From NCBI GenBank assembly GCA_009602725.1, contig WELB01000006.1, positions 1,268,907 through 1,331,540 of the forward strand: DNA of 62,634 bases, given 5' to 3'. Below the pieces are notes generated by a model. That model did no database searches. It saw only the letters and a program-made list of their open reading frames with translations, and had not been told where the DNA came from. This DNA is from Spirogloea muscicola (taxonomy: Eukaryota). The translations under genes were made by a program, and so were the position numbers. Below, piece after piece: positions 1 through 11,360 of this stretch. Every line of letters starts with the position of its first letter. Position 1 is the first letter of the stretch.

Positions 1-134
<134 letters not shown>

Positions 135-923
135 AGGGGGACGGGCGGGCGGATAGAGAAACTCGAGGTACCCAACACCTGGTCTGGCCCAGTCGATACT
201 CCCACCTCTAGTCACACAGCTGCCCAACACTGCGCACTGTACAGGTTTCATAGTAACATCATAACTACCCGCACCTCTTGTCGTGCCGACTGTGGGCTGC
301 CAAGCCCGCGCCATGGACGCGACGTCCATGATGGCCACTGCCGCCGCAGCGCCAGCCGTCTGGAGCCCCGCTGCTCTCCGCGGCAATGGCCGCCGAGCGG
401 CCTCGTCGTCGGCGTCGCCGGCCATGACCGGCAGGAGGCTCGCCGCCGGCCGCCAGGCCGCCGCCAGGCCCGCCAACGTGGGCCGCCGTCACTCTGGCGC
501 CGCCCGCGCAGTGCAGGCGCCGGATAAGGAGGTGGGTTGTGCTGCCAGTGTTGCATCAATGACCACAAATGAGTCAAGGACTATCAGTCTGCTGTGACGC
601 ATCAACTGGGACTCGAGCCATGGAGCGACATACGACTACAAGTAGATAAAGGCTGTAGTCTGCTATGACGCATTCAGCGGGACTCGAGCCCATGAAGCTC
701 GTCGCGCTGCCCACCTGGGCTGGAGGATGGGAAATCCACCTCCTGACCAGCTGCCACCAGTGATGGCTGTCAGCTGGAGCTCCGCTTGCCTGACGTAACC
801 ACCGCGCTTCACATCATTTGGCACGTTACCGGCACTCAGTGCTGGCCATGGTCGGCCTCCTTGGAGAACTGACCTGTGCCGCTGTTCCCCACTTTTCGGC
901 AGGCACAGTCGACGGGCAGGAGC

Positions 924-3530
924 ATGGCGGCGCAGCGCCAGCAGGTGAAGGACGGGGAGATCGTCGGGCTGCGGCACACCGTGTGGGACCAGCAGAACGT
1001 GAAGCCCACGTACCCGCGCCTGGACAAGGACGAGACCTGCGACGTGGTGGTGGTCGGCGGCGGCATCGCCGGCCTGAGCGTGGCGTACCACCTGGCCAAG
1101 GCCGGCAAGTCGGTGGTCGTGCTCGAGTATCGCGCGATCGGCGCGGGGCAGACGGGCCGCACCACCGCCCACCTCATGCCGTGGAACGACGACTACTACT
1201 CACTCCTCGGGCTGCACTTTGGCGAGGACAAGGCCGCGCTCGTCGGCGACAGTCACCGCAAGTCGATCGACCGCGTGGAGCAGATTGTGAAGGAGGAGGG
1301 CATCAACTGCAAGTTCCGGCGCATCGACGGCTACCTCTACGCTCACGAGGACAACCAGCTCGTCCTCACGAAGCTCCGCTTGGTATGCCTGCCCACGCAG
1401 CCGCCTCTGAGTCTACAACACAGCAGCTTACCTGGTTGATTCCCACCATCATGTATGGTTAATGCATAACCATGTATCTCTCACAAATTTACCCAATCTC
1501 AGGCCACATTGAGCTGCAATGTCACACTTTGCTATTCAATAGCATGTGCCTTGGAAGTGGTGCTGAATCAAGTCTGCGTCATTCATAGCTGCCGATTCTT
1601 GTCAGCTAACACTAAGTCGTCTAGTCTGTGAGATTGGTCACACTGTATACAACTGCACGTCTGCTTTCCTTGGTTGCTGGGCTTGTTGGACAACTTCGGC
1701 GGGATCAGCTGGGCAGCCACAGTTGACCAATGCTGGAATTGTCTGCGTCTCAGGAATACGAGGCGAGCAAGAAGGCTGGCTTTGATGTCACATACGAGGT
1801 GTTTGATGGCAAGGACGGCAAGATGGGCAGCATGAAGGATGCTGTCAGGTTTCCTGGCACCGGCGACTTCCACCCACTCATGTGCGTAACTCCCTTGGCT
1901 TCTTGCGTAGCCCTCCTGCCGGCGTAGCGACATGGTGTTGAGCTAATGAAGTTTACATCGGACTAGTCATGAGACAGTGGTTGGTGATTCAGGTACTTAG
2001 AGGGCCTCGCTAAGGCCATCACCAAGTATGGCGGGCGAATCTACGAGCAGACCAAGGCGTACGAGCACGACGCGACCAGCGTGACGACCGAGGATGGGCG
2101 CAAAGTCACGGCGCAGGCGGTTGTGCTGGCCACGAATGTGCCGATGAACCACAACCTGGGCATCCACGCGCGGCAGCACATGAGCCGCTCCTACGTCGTC
2201 GGCCTCAAGCTTGAGAAGGGCGCCGTCCCGTACGCATCTCAACATTGCCAATAGCTTCTGCCACCGTTGATGCCGTTTGCTGCTGCAAGTGTGAGCAAAC
2301 GACCGCACCCATTGCAGCTGCGGCTTTGTTATTGATGGTGCGGAGGGCTAGACTGAGGGCTGAGCATGTGGGTTTTGCTGGCTGCGCAGGGCAAAGAGCT
2401 GGTGGAGTACCAACACGCCGTATGAGTACATTCGCACTGAGGAGAAGGACGACCATGACGTGCTAGTGATTGGTGGCGGCGACCATCCGGTGGGAAAGAA
2501 GCCCGACGAATACGTCGACACATACGACGTGCTCGAGAAGTACGCCAAGGAGCGCTGGCCGATGGCCGGCGAGCGCCTGTACGCCTGGACTGGCATGGTG
2601 TGCCATCCGACCGACATGCTCGGCTTCTACGGCCTCAACCCCATCGACCTGACCGGCGACAAGACATACATTGCCACAGGTGCAGTGCTGCGGCCATCGC
2701 TGCTACTACTGTCAGTAGGCAGGTTTGGTGATTGCAGGACTCAGCTGTGATGTTGCTGCTGGCGTCACGGCGGCTTTGCAGGCGACAGTGGTGAGGGCAT
2801 GACCGGCGGCACGATCGCGGGCATGGTCATCTCGGACCTCATCCTCGGCAATCCAAACCCCTGGGCCGATCTGTACAGCCCCAGCCGGACGCCCGGCATC
2901 GGGCCGGTGACGGCAATGCAGCAGGCCGAGGTTGCCAACACAGTTGTCCAGGTGCGACCACTGAACTACTGCTGCTGCCACAACATGCGTTGCTGCTGCG
3001 CTTACTTGGACACCAAGGAATGTTCAGATTTTGGGCATCTCAATGCTACTCCAATGACTTGCTGAAACTAACCTCATTGCAAGCGCTGCTTTCTGCTGCC
3101 ATTGCTGCCGTGCATTGTAGGGATACAAGGACAACCTGCCATTCTTGGGCAAGGACGGTGTGAGGATAGAGGACATGAAACCTGAGACAGGAGCTGTAGT
3201 CCAGGACGGCCTCCAGTCGGTCGCCGTGTACAAGGACAAGTCCGGGGTCGTCAGCCGGTACACAGGTGAGCTGACTGCTTTCTTGTGGTGTTATTGCAGT
3301 GAAATGAAAGACTTGGACGAAGTGGGTTGCTTGTTAGCCAGTTTCTGCAGTTGGGTGACCATTCTGATGACCACCTTATGTATGCAGCGGTGTGCCCCCA
3401 CCTTAAGTGCGTGGTGAAGTGGAACCCCAACGACAGCACCTTCGACTGCCCTTGCCACGGTTCGCTGTTCGACACTTGTGGCCGCTTGATTAACGGCCCA
3501 GCAAAAGCAGACCTAGAGCCGCTTGACTGA
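924..3530 (+). CDS. FAD-dependent oxidoreductase (DadA/PuuB-like) with C-terminal Rieske 2Fe-2S domain, YhfW-like; paralog 1
   Basis: Seven phase-consistent GT-AG exons: 924-1382, 1754-1881, 1993-2229, 2390-2679, 2782-2951, 3121-3265, 3388-3530. Motifs: Rossmann DVVVVGGGIAG, GQTGRTTAH, ATGDSGEGMTGG, Rieske boxes CPHLKC and FDCPCHGSLFD. Confidence 0.92.
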
Positions 3531-4239
3531 GCACCTGCATAGCTACGTTGGTGCTGCGTGATGAAGCGCCATATAAGTAGGCGCTATTTGATGACCTTTG
3601 AGGGCACTCAATCTAGTGTATCTTGTTTATTGTCCGCAATAATCCGCCGTTGTGCATAATCGGCTTAAATTCCTTTCATGCAGCTTACACTTGGTGATGT
3701 TGTTCAGTTGCAATAGCGCACTGGCTTGCATTAGAGACGAAACATGCATAGCAGTGTGTAAAAACAAGCTATGTGACACTGTCTTGTGAAACTCAGATCT
3801 TGTCCTTCCACAATGCACGCACAGAGTTGTGTGACAATTGAGATTCACAATGATTTAGCCTGAGAATGTCGAGCACAATGTTATAGTGCTCAACATTGAA
3901 AGATCTTCCATTGCAATGCGTACACACCGAAACAAGAATAATTGTATTGCAACTGGTTGTAATTACATGGAGGCCTGAATATGCCCTTGGACAGGCATTT
4001 TCTGTTGTAGTAGCCGGGCACATGAGCATGGCTTGGAAATGATCTAGGGCAAATTAAATCTCACTAGCTGCTGAGAAACAGGAGAGGTACCTCGCATACT
4101 CGGCAGCTATATATGGATCCGTCTTACTAGCTGGCCACAGGCAATCAGATTCGTAGTAGCCATTATGTTTCCTCTCACAAAAGCTTCTCTTTCTACCCAT
4201 ACTCTTCCACCCAACACCTCAGCCTTTAAGCGTGGCGCC

Positions 4240-4625
4240 TCCTTTCACAGCCCTTTTGAGAGAGATACTTTCTTTCCAGTACTGCATTTATTGACTTGCG
4301 GCAGCTGACTAGAGATACTGATTTGGCTCCCTCAGTGCTGTCTACGCTTTCCGGCACCTTCTGAGCGCGCTCCTTTGTGGGCCTCTTGAGAATCTCGTTC
4401 TTTGGTGGGCAGGCTTTCTGACCTTGTCCATTCCTTTGGGCTGGCCTCTCACAGCCACTGCAGTCAACTTGGAAGCGCTGTTTCTATTTCTTTCTAGCCC
4501 TCGCCCCCTTTCAGATGGAAGCTCAGTACCCACGAGTGAGCAACATCAAGTCAGAATAACTCGAAGCGGGGAAAGAGGCACTCCACCGAGACCCAGAGGC
4601 AGCAGCCATAGCGCGGCCGGCGCGC
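4240..4625. mobile_element. Cluster of short CRE-like retrotransposon 3' remnants, both orientations
   Basis: Minus strand about 4511-4622 encodes RAGRAMAAASGSRWSASFPASSYSDLMLLTRGY* and matches 28420-28530. Plus strand 4421-4492 matches the 3' UTR at 29012-29085. Confidence 0.8.
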
Positions 4626-4918
4626 AATCCTCTTTCAGAGGAGCTGCCTCTTCTTTCTGAGCAGAACCGTTCGCCCACAGCCTTCTCAAGGCTTGGTTGG
4701 CGGACCATAAGTGCGTCAGGCGAGGGCTTCACAGCTGATATTCAACGATCCAAATGACGAGCAAAACCTCTACCAACGCTGCAGAGGCGTTTGCCAGCTT
4801 TGGCGGGGCCGTGGGACCGAGAGACCACTTCAACGGCCGCAGATCCGTGGGCGGTGCAACGACTTGCCACGGTACGGGGGCCAGCGGACAGTTCCAGGTG
4901 TGGGGGACTTCAGCAGCT

Positions 4919-5055
4919 GACACGTGGCACACCACGTGCCGGACAGCGGCCCGGCGGGCTCCGCTTGGCGGCCGCCCGGCCGCCGACGTGGCGTGGCCTG
5001 CCCGCGTGGCGCCCACGTGGAAGCCCGGCGGCCCGAGCGTGCTATGCCACGTGGA
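4919..5055. promoter_or_regulatory. G-box/ABRE cluster
   Basis: CACGTG at 4921, 4933, 5014 and 5048; GACGTGGC at 4985; CGCGTGGC at 5003. The first site is the classic GACACGTGGC. Confidence 0.6.
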
Positions 5056-5289
5056 CGCCGCGGGGGGCCGGCCCCCGGCAGCTCTGGGCTCGAGGCCATG
5101 GGAGTCCTAATGGAGGTAATGTAGGTATAACAGAATGTGATATTTAAAGGTTGATACGGCGAGCAGCCCAACGAAATAGAGCAAGAGCTGAGCACAGTGG
5201 AACACCGGGGCGGGGGGGGTGGTGGACTTCCGCCAGATGCATTCGATCACGGAAATCAGCTGCGGTTATACCGGCGGTTAGAGCCGCAG

Positions 5290-5493
5290 TTAGGCGCGGG
5301 CAGTGCCGGGGGGGGGCNAGAGGATCGGCGTCGGCCCGATGGTGGCGATGTTCCTCACGACCATGTTGAGCTTCCAGCCGAGGTACGCGCCGCCGCCGGC
5401 GCAGACCAGCAGCATGGTGGCCACCATCAGCGCGTGGTGCAGCGCGGGGCTCATGCTGTCGCCGGTGATGGACGCCGCCGGCGGCTGCGACAT
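5290..5493 (-). CDS. Putative 67-aa single-pass membrane protein of unknown function
   Basis: MSQPPAASITGDSMSPALHHALMVATMLLVCAGGGAYLGWKLNMVVRNIATIGPTPIL(X)PPPGTARA*. Strong GC3 codon bias and one hydrophobic helix. No recognised homology; the start could lie further upstream in frame. Confidence 0.45.
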   Translation of the reverse strand: MSQPPAASITGDSMSPALHHALMVATMLLVCAGGGAYLGWKLNMVVRNIATIGPTPILXPPPGTARA

Positions 5494-6207
5494 CCAGTCC
5501 TCCTCCGCCGCCGCCGCCGCCGCCGCCGGCTCCGGGACTCTGCTGCGGCGGCCTTCGCCCGGCGCGGCCGCCGACGGCGCATGCGCGCACTGGCTTGACG
5601 AGGTCATTACCGCCCACGTCCCCGCGGCAGCCCCTTGCTGGGGCCAGAGCCTGGTCGCATGCGCCTGCATGGCCTGCTGGGCTCTCCGCCGGACGGCCGT
5701 CTGAATTGAGCCTCCCGGTGCCCGCCGCTGTCAGTCGCCGCGAGCGCTTGCGAGTCCGGCGATGGCGCCGCGCCTGCGGGCCCGCCTGTGCTGTGTAAGC
5801 GTCCGCGCTCGAGCATGGGCAGTGCTCTGAGTGGGAGCTTTGGGCTCTGAGTGGGGGCTTTGGGTGGTAGCCGGACTGCCCAACTGTGCACAGGGTCCAG
5901 ATATTTGGGAGATAAGATCAATAAGAGAATGTCATATATCAGACCTTTGTGACGGTGTTCGTCCAGCACCTCCGCTCATCATTGCAAGCTGCTCAAACGG
6001 GGCAGCTCATTGAATTGCCTCTTTGCACAAGGCAAATCAGCCCAGGATTCAGCGGCAGACAAGGGATAAACAGAGAGCGAAGACAAACCAGACGAGTGAC
6101 TGCCCAATTTTCTACTTCTGACTAACAAGTCAGACAACTGAGCTGTGGCAGCTTGCATGCATTGTCCACCGCAGCTTGGTTCAAGGAGGCGCTTGTCAGC
6201 TACGACA

Positions 6208-9200
6208 ATGTCGTCGCCCAGCGCTGCCGCACTCCCTGGGCTTGCGGACACTGTATGGGGCCAGAAGGATCTGCGGCCCAAGTATCCGAAGCTGGAGAAG
6301 AACGAGGTGGCTGATGTCGTCGTCGTGGGTGCGGGCATTGCTGGGCTGAGCATTGCTTACAACCTCGTGCGCTCTGGCAAGTCAGTTGTAGTCCTTGAGT
6401 ACCGCGTGCGAGGTAGGCAACATCCACCAAATTCGGTTCACTTATTCCTGTGGATGCTCCACGCTCTTGCTAAGGCCAAGTGCTTGCTTTACACGTTGCA
6501 ATACTTGTTAACGAAGCTCCATCGTGATCCAGTATTCAGTAATTGATCAAGAAGAAACTGTCAAGCTCCAAACAGTGCAGAAAGTCCATAAGAAGAAGTT
6601 TATCAACTCGTGGTGGCTGCTTGCCGAGCTATAGCAGCCTGTCCTTGCCTGATATAGCAGCATCATTCATTAATGAGTGGCAGGTCATGCTCATGAGGCA
6701 GGCTAGGTTAGCTTGCGTCCAATGTTTGTGATTAGCACGTTGTAGCTATGACAGGACATCTCCTACTGCGCTTGAGCTGCTTGCAGGGGCTGGTCAGACG
6801 GGTCGGACGACAGCGCACCTGATGCCGTGGAACGATGACTACTACTACATGCTAGAGAAGGAGTTTGGGCCCTCCAAGACATGGCTTGTTGGTGATAGCC
6901 ACCGGCAGGCCATTGACTGGATTGAGCGTGTCTGCAAGGAAGAGGGCATCGACTGCAAGTTCAAGCGCTTGGATGGTTACTTGTTTGCAAATGATGACAG
7001 CAGTGACACGCTGCAGAAGCTCCAGCAGGTCATAGTTGCCCACAGTTGCTTCCATATCTGCTAATCTCGAGGTTCAGGATAACTGTGGGCACTAGTGTGC
7101 TGGCAGCGCACCGGCATATGCTCGTATTCTGTAAGGTGATCAACAGCTGCACATGTGCCACTTTGGAGAATGCTGCTATGCCTTACCAAGCATTGCCTGC
7201 GCAAGCCATGGCTGGGAGCAGGAGTTCGAGGCAAGCAAGCGGGCCGGGCATGAGGACATCACCATGGAGGTCTTTGATGGCAAGGACCCCTCGCTCGGCA
7301 AGATGACCCATGCCATCCGCTTCCCCAGGGCTGCAGACTTTCACCCTCTCATGTATGGAGACTCTGAGGTGCTCATACTCAATGGGTCATGCTTGAAGGA
7401 CTTGGGCAATGCACAGGCACATGAGCAACAGGCTAGCTGCCCATCCTATGCCTTACAATCTGGACTCAGGTCTAAGATGGCATTGCCCTTTACATGCTCC
7501 TAAGATTGCAGCAGGGTACCGATATGAGGCACTTATGCAAGTCATGATGCATGATCAACCTTCATATATGGTAAGCCTCGAAGGACTCTGTGGGCTCAGG
7601 TGTACTAGTGTCAAAGTCTGGTTCATGGGTAAACTACAGCTTGCTTCCCTCCTGTGGCAGGTACATTGATGGGCTGGCAGACGCATTTGTCAAGCACGGG
7701 GGCAAGCTGTTCGAGCAGAGCAGAGTTAAGGGCCAGGAGAACAGCAGCGTGACAACCGAGGATGGTTTCCGTGTCGATGCCAAGGCCGTGGTGCTCGCTA
7801 CCAACTCACCAATCAACCACAACCTGGCCATACACGCCCGTCAGGCGGCGTATCGCAGCTATGTCGTAGGGCTACGGGTGGCCAAGGGCTCTACCAAGTA
7901 AGGTGGATGTATTGTTGAGGCTTATGCTTGCTGTAGGCCCTGTGAAGAGGGACAAGTGTTCTATAGGTGAATTGCATCTGAGTGACAGGTGCTCCAGTTG
8001 CTCTCCTTATGGGCACCATGAAGGAATGGCAGCTGTCAGTGCACGAACTAGAGAGCCCATTCCACATGACAAAACGATAGATGCATTTGTATATTAATAG
8101 CTGGATGGAGACAGTGCAATGCATAAGTCATGACTGGCATAACTCAAGCCATGAAGGATCCAATCTCAAGAGTAACGTGGCCATTCTGCCCCAGGTCGGC
8201 GGATTGGTGGAGCACGGCATCACCATACCACTACGTGAGGATTGAGGAGAAGGCTGACCATGACGTGCTGGTCGTTGGTGGAGGCGACCATCCTGTCGGC
8301 GCGAGACAAGGCTCGTACCTAAATGTGTGGAACAATCTGGAAGAGTGGGCCCGGTCTCGGTGGTCGCATGCCGGGGAAAGGCTCTACCAGTGGAGTGGGG
8401 AGGTATTGCACTCGGGCGCTGGGCATGCACTTGCCCAACTTCATGAATTGCTGAAATATAACGGCCGCTGCACAGAGTGCCTAGCCAGGCTTCTGGAACC
8501 AGCCATGCTCTGCAGTGTCATGTGCATTAGTGTAACGGGACAAAGAGATGGGTGAATTGCGTCCAATACTTGACCTCTTGTACTGCATAGGTCTATGAAC
8601 CCATCGATAAGCTCCACCTTCATGGACGAGATCCACTTCACCCCCCAGGCAACACGTACATTGCAACGGGTATTCATTCGTCACGCTGGGCAGCACAGAT
8701 TACACAAGAGTTTTCTGTAGAGAAGCCACGGCTCGTTTTGCCCACACATGCTGTTCGGTGACCAGGGTTCAGAATGTGATCTGTATCAACAAGCCAAGCT
8801 CTGTGCAGGGTGCATGAGGCTCAATGTTTCCAGCGAGGTTGGCATGCAGGGGACAGCGGTGAGGGCATGACAGGAGGCACCATTGCAGGAATGGTCATCA
8901 GCGACCTGATCTGTGGGAGAAACAACCAGTGGGCAGAGCTGTACGACCCTACCAGGCTTCCTCCTCTATCCATGGAGACTGTACAAAGCGAGGGTGAGGT
9001 GGCGATGCACACAATGCAGGTAAGCACACAACCATTACTTAGTCTGCTATGACATCTGCTAAGAAACTTCCAAAAGGACGCATCTGATGAGCTATACTAG
9101 CTGATGTTGCCCTTTTCATCCTCGTATGTGTCACTAAATTACAGCTGAGTGTTGCAATGGGTGCAGGGTTACTCGGATGTCCTACCTTTAAAGGGAACTG

Positions 9201-9671
9201 ACATTGCGGCAATTGAAGATCTTGTACCTGATTCTGGCGGCATTATGCAACAGGGGCTAAAGAAGGTCGCTGTATACCGAGACGAGAGTGGCACTGTTCA
9301 CCGTCGGTCTGGTAAGTCAAGGGCATGCAACTGAAGAGTTGCGCCGCCACAATGCTTTGACATGTACTTATTCTGAAGGTTGACTTGCAAATCTGTCACA
9401 AGATGGCTTGAGCATCCTGCTTTCAGCAGACCTGCAGGCTGTTGCTGTTATCACACCTGGTTTGCTGGAGTAGTCAGAGTGCAAGTTGGTACTTCATATT
9501 ATGATGCTAATGCAACGCTGGTTTCATGCAGCGGTGTGCCCCCATATGAAGTGCATAGTCCAATGGAACCCTCTGGAGAAGACTTTTGACTGCCCCTGCC
9601 ATGGCTCGGCCTTTGATCCGTATGGCCGCATGATCAACGGCCCCGCCAAGGCTGACCTTGCTCCCATCTAA
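6208..9671 (+). CDS. FAD-dependent oxidoreductase with C-terminal Rieske domain, YhfW-like; paralog 2
   Basis: Nine phase-consistent exons: 6208-6412, 6787-7028, 7222-7352, 7661-7897, 8195-8402, 8591-8669, 8850-9019, 9167-9311, 9532-9671. Motifs DVVVVGAGIAG, CPHMKC, FDCPCHGSAFD. Colinear with paralog 1. Confidence 0.92.
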
Positions 9672-10215
9672 GCAGCGCATTGAGCAAGCCTTATAAGCAC
9701 TCTCACAGGAGTAGACCTGTTCTCAGAGGCCAATTAGATTGGTCCGCCAGCTGAGCGTGACTATCAATAGGCGCCTCAGCCAATGCATATTGCACCCCTC
9801 TCAGGCTCGCCATTGTAGCACACATGCTCGCATCATGCGGTAGTAGGGAGACTTCGTGAAACATTGTGGAGCAGATGCCTCACACCTTCAGCTTTGCACA
9901 AAATGCCATATACATGCACATTCTAGTAAAGTCCTGACCTGCTAATGATGTGTGGTCATGGTTTATCCAACGTGTTTGATAAGTAACTGTCCTCATTGCC
10001 GGTTGCTCCTGTCTCTTACACCAAATCACATCTATGCCGTCGCTTTGCCGTCTGCCATTCGGTGGAGGTGATGGTGCTCGCAACGAGCCTCACTGACCAC
10101 CGCTCGCCGGCGCATGCAGCACATGGACACCGCCAGCGATTGGCTCGTGGTATGCATTCAGTGTCAGCTTATGAAGGTCTAAGAGCGCGCGCCGCCCGCT
10201 CGGCTGCCACGGCGT

Positions 10216-10246
<31 letters not shown>

Positions 10247-10688
10247 ATTGGCTGGTTGAGAAGGAAGACCATCAGCTAGCTTGTCATGGCGCCCTTCGGC
10301 CCCCGCCCTCCCCTCGCGCTCCGTCTCCCCTCTCCATTTTTAATTACCCCTCTCCCCGCTTTTACATGGAAGCCATTACCTATCCTCTGCCCGTCCGCAG
10401 GCTCCTCCCTCCCCTCGGGCCCCGCTCTCCCTCCCCTCGCCACTCCTCCAGCACCCCCCTCCCCTCAAACACCTCAATCCGTTACCAGGGCGCTCTCTTT
10501 TTCCCTTTCGAAGAGGGGAAGGTGAGGGCAGCGATATTGTCACAGGTCATCGCCCCGCCGACGCCGCCGCCGCCGCCGCCGAGAACGGCACCGGGAACGG
10601 CGCCGGGAATGGCGTCGGGGATGGCGCCGGGAATGCCGCCACGCCGGGCGGCGGGCTGAGCGCCGCGGTGCGGCGCGCGGCAGTGCGC

Positions 10689-11360
10689 NNNNNNNNNNNN
10701 NNNNNNNNNNNNNNNNNNNNNNNNNNNNNNNNNNNNNNNNNNNNNNNNNNNNNNNNNNNNNNNNNNNNNNNNNNNNNNNNNNNNNNNNNNNNNNNNNNNN
10801 NNNNNNNNNNNNNNNNNNNNNNNNNNNNNNNNNNNNNNNNNNNNNNNNNNNNNNNNNNNNNNNNNNNNNNNNNNNNNNNNNNNNNNNNNNNNNNNNNNNN
10901 NNNNNNNNNNNNNNNNNNNNNNNNNNNNNNNNNNNNNNNNNNNNNNNNNNNNNNNNNNNNNNNNNNNNNNNNNNNNNNNNNNNNNNNNNNNNNNNNNNNN
11001 NNNNNNNNNNNNNNNNNNNNNNNNNNNNNNNNNNNNNNNNNNNNNNNNNNNNNNNNNNNNNNNNNNNNNNNNNNNNNNNNNNNNNNNNNNNNNNNNNNNN
11101 NNNNNNNNNNNNNNNNNNNNNNNNNNNNNNNNNNNNNNNNNNNNNNNNNNNNNNNNNNNNNNNNNNNNNNNNNNNNNNNNNNNNNNNNNNNNNNNNNNNN
11201 NNNNNNNNNNNNNNNNNNNNNNNNNNNNNNNNNNNNNNNNNNNNNNNNNNNNNNNNNNNNNNNNNNNNNNNNNNNNNNNNNNNNNNNNNNNNNNNNNNNN
11301 NNNNNNNNNNNNNNNNNNNNNNNNNNNNNNNNNNNNNNNNNNNNNNNNNNNNNNNNNNNN
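10689..11360. other. Assembly gap (N run) within the 5' part of the TZF gene
   Basis: N run. Confidence 1.

Noticed and set aside
248..597. GC-rich short ORFs, possibly the first exon of a minus-strand gene leaving the window
   Set aside because: No recognisable motif and the reading frame cannot be chosen.
10286..10659. Pro-rich ORFs upstream of TZF, as possible uORFs or the true start
   Set aside because: Low complexity, and no phase-consistent link to the TZF frame could be established across the gap.
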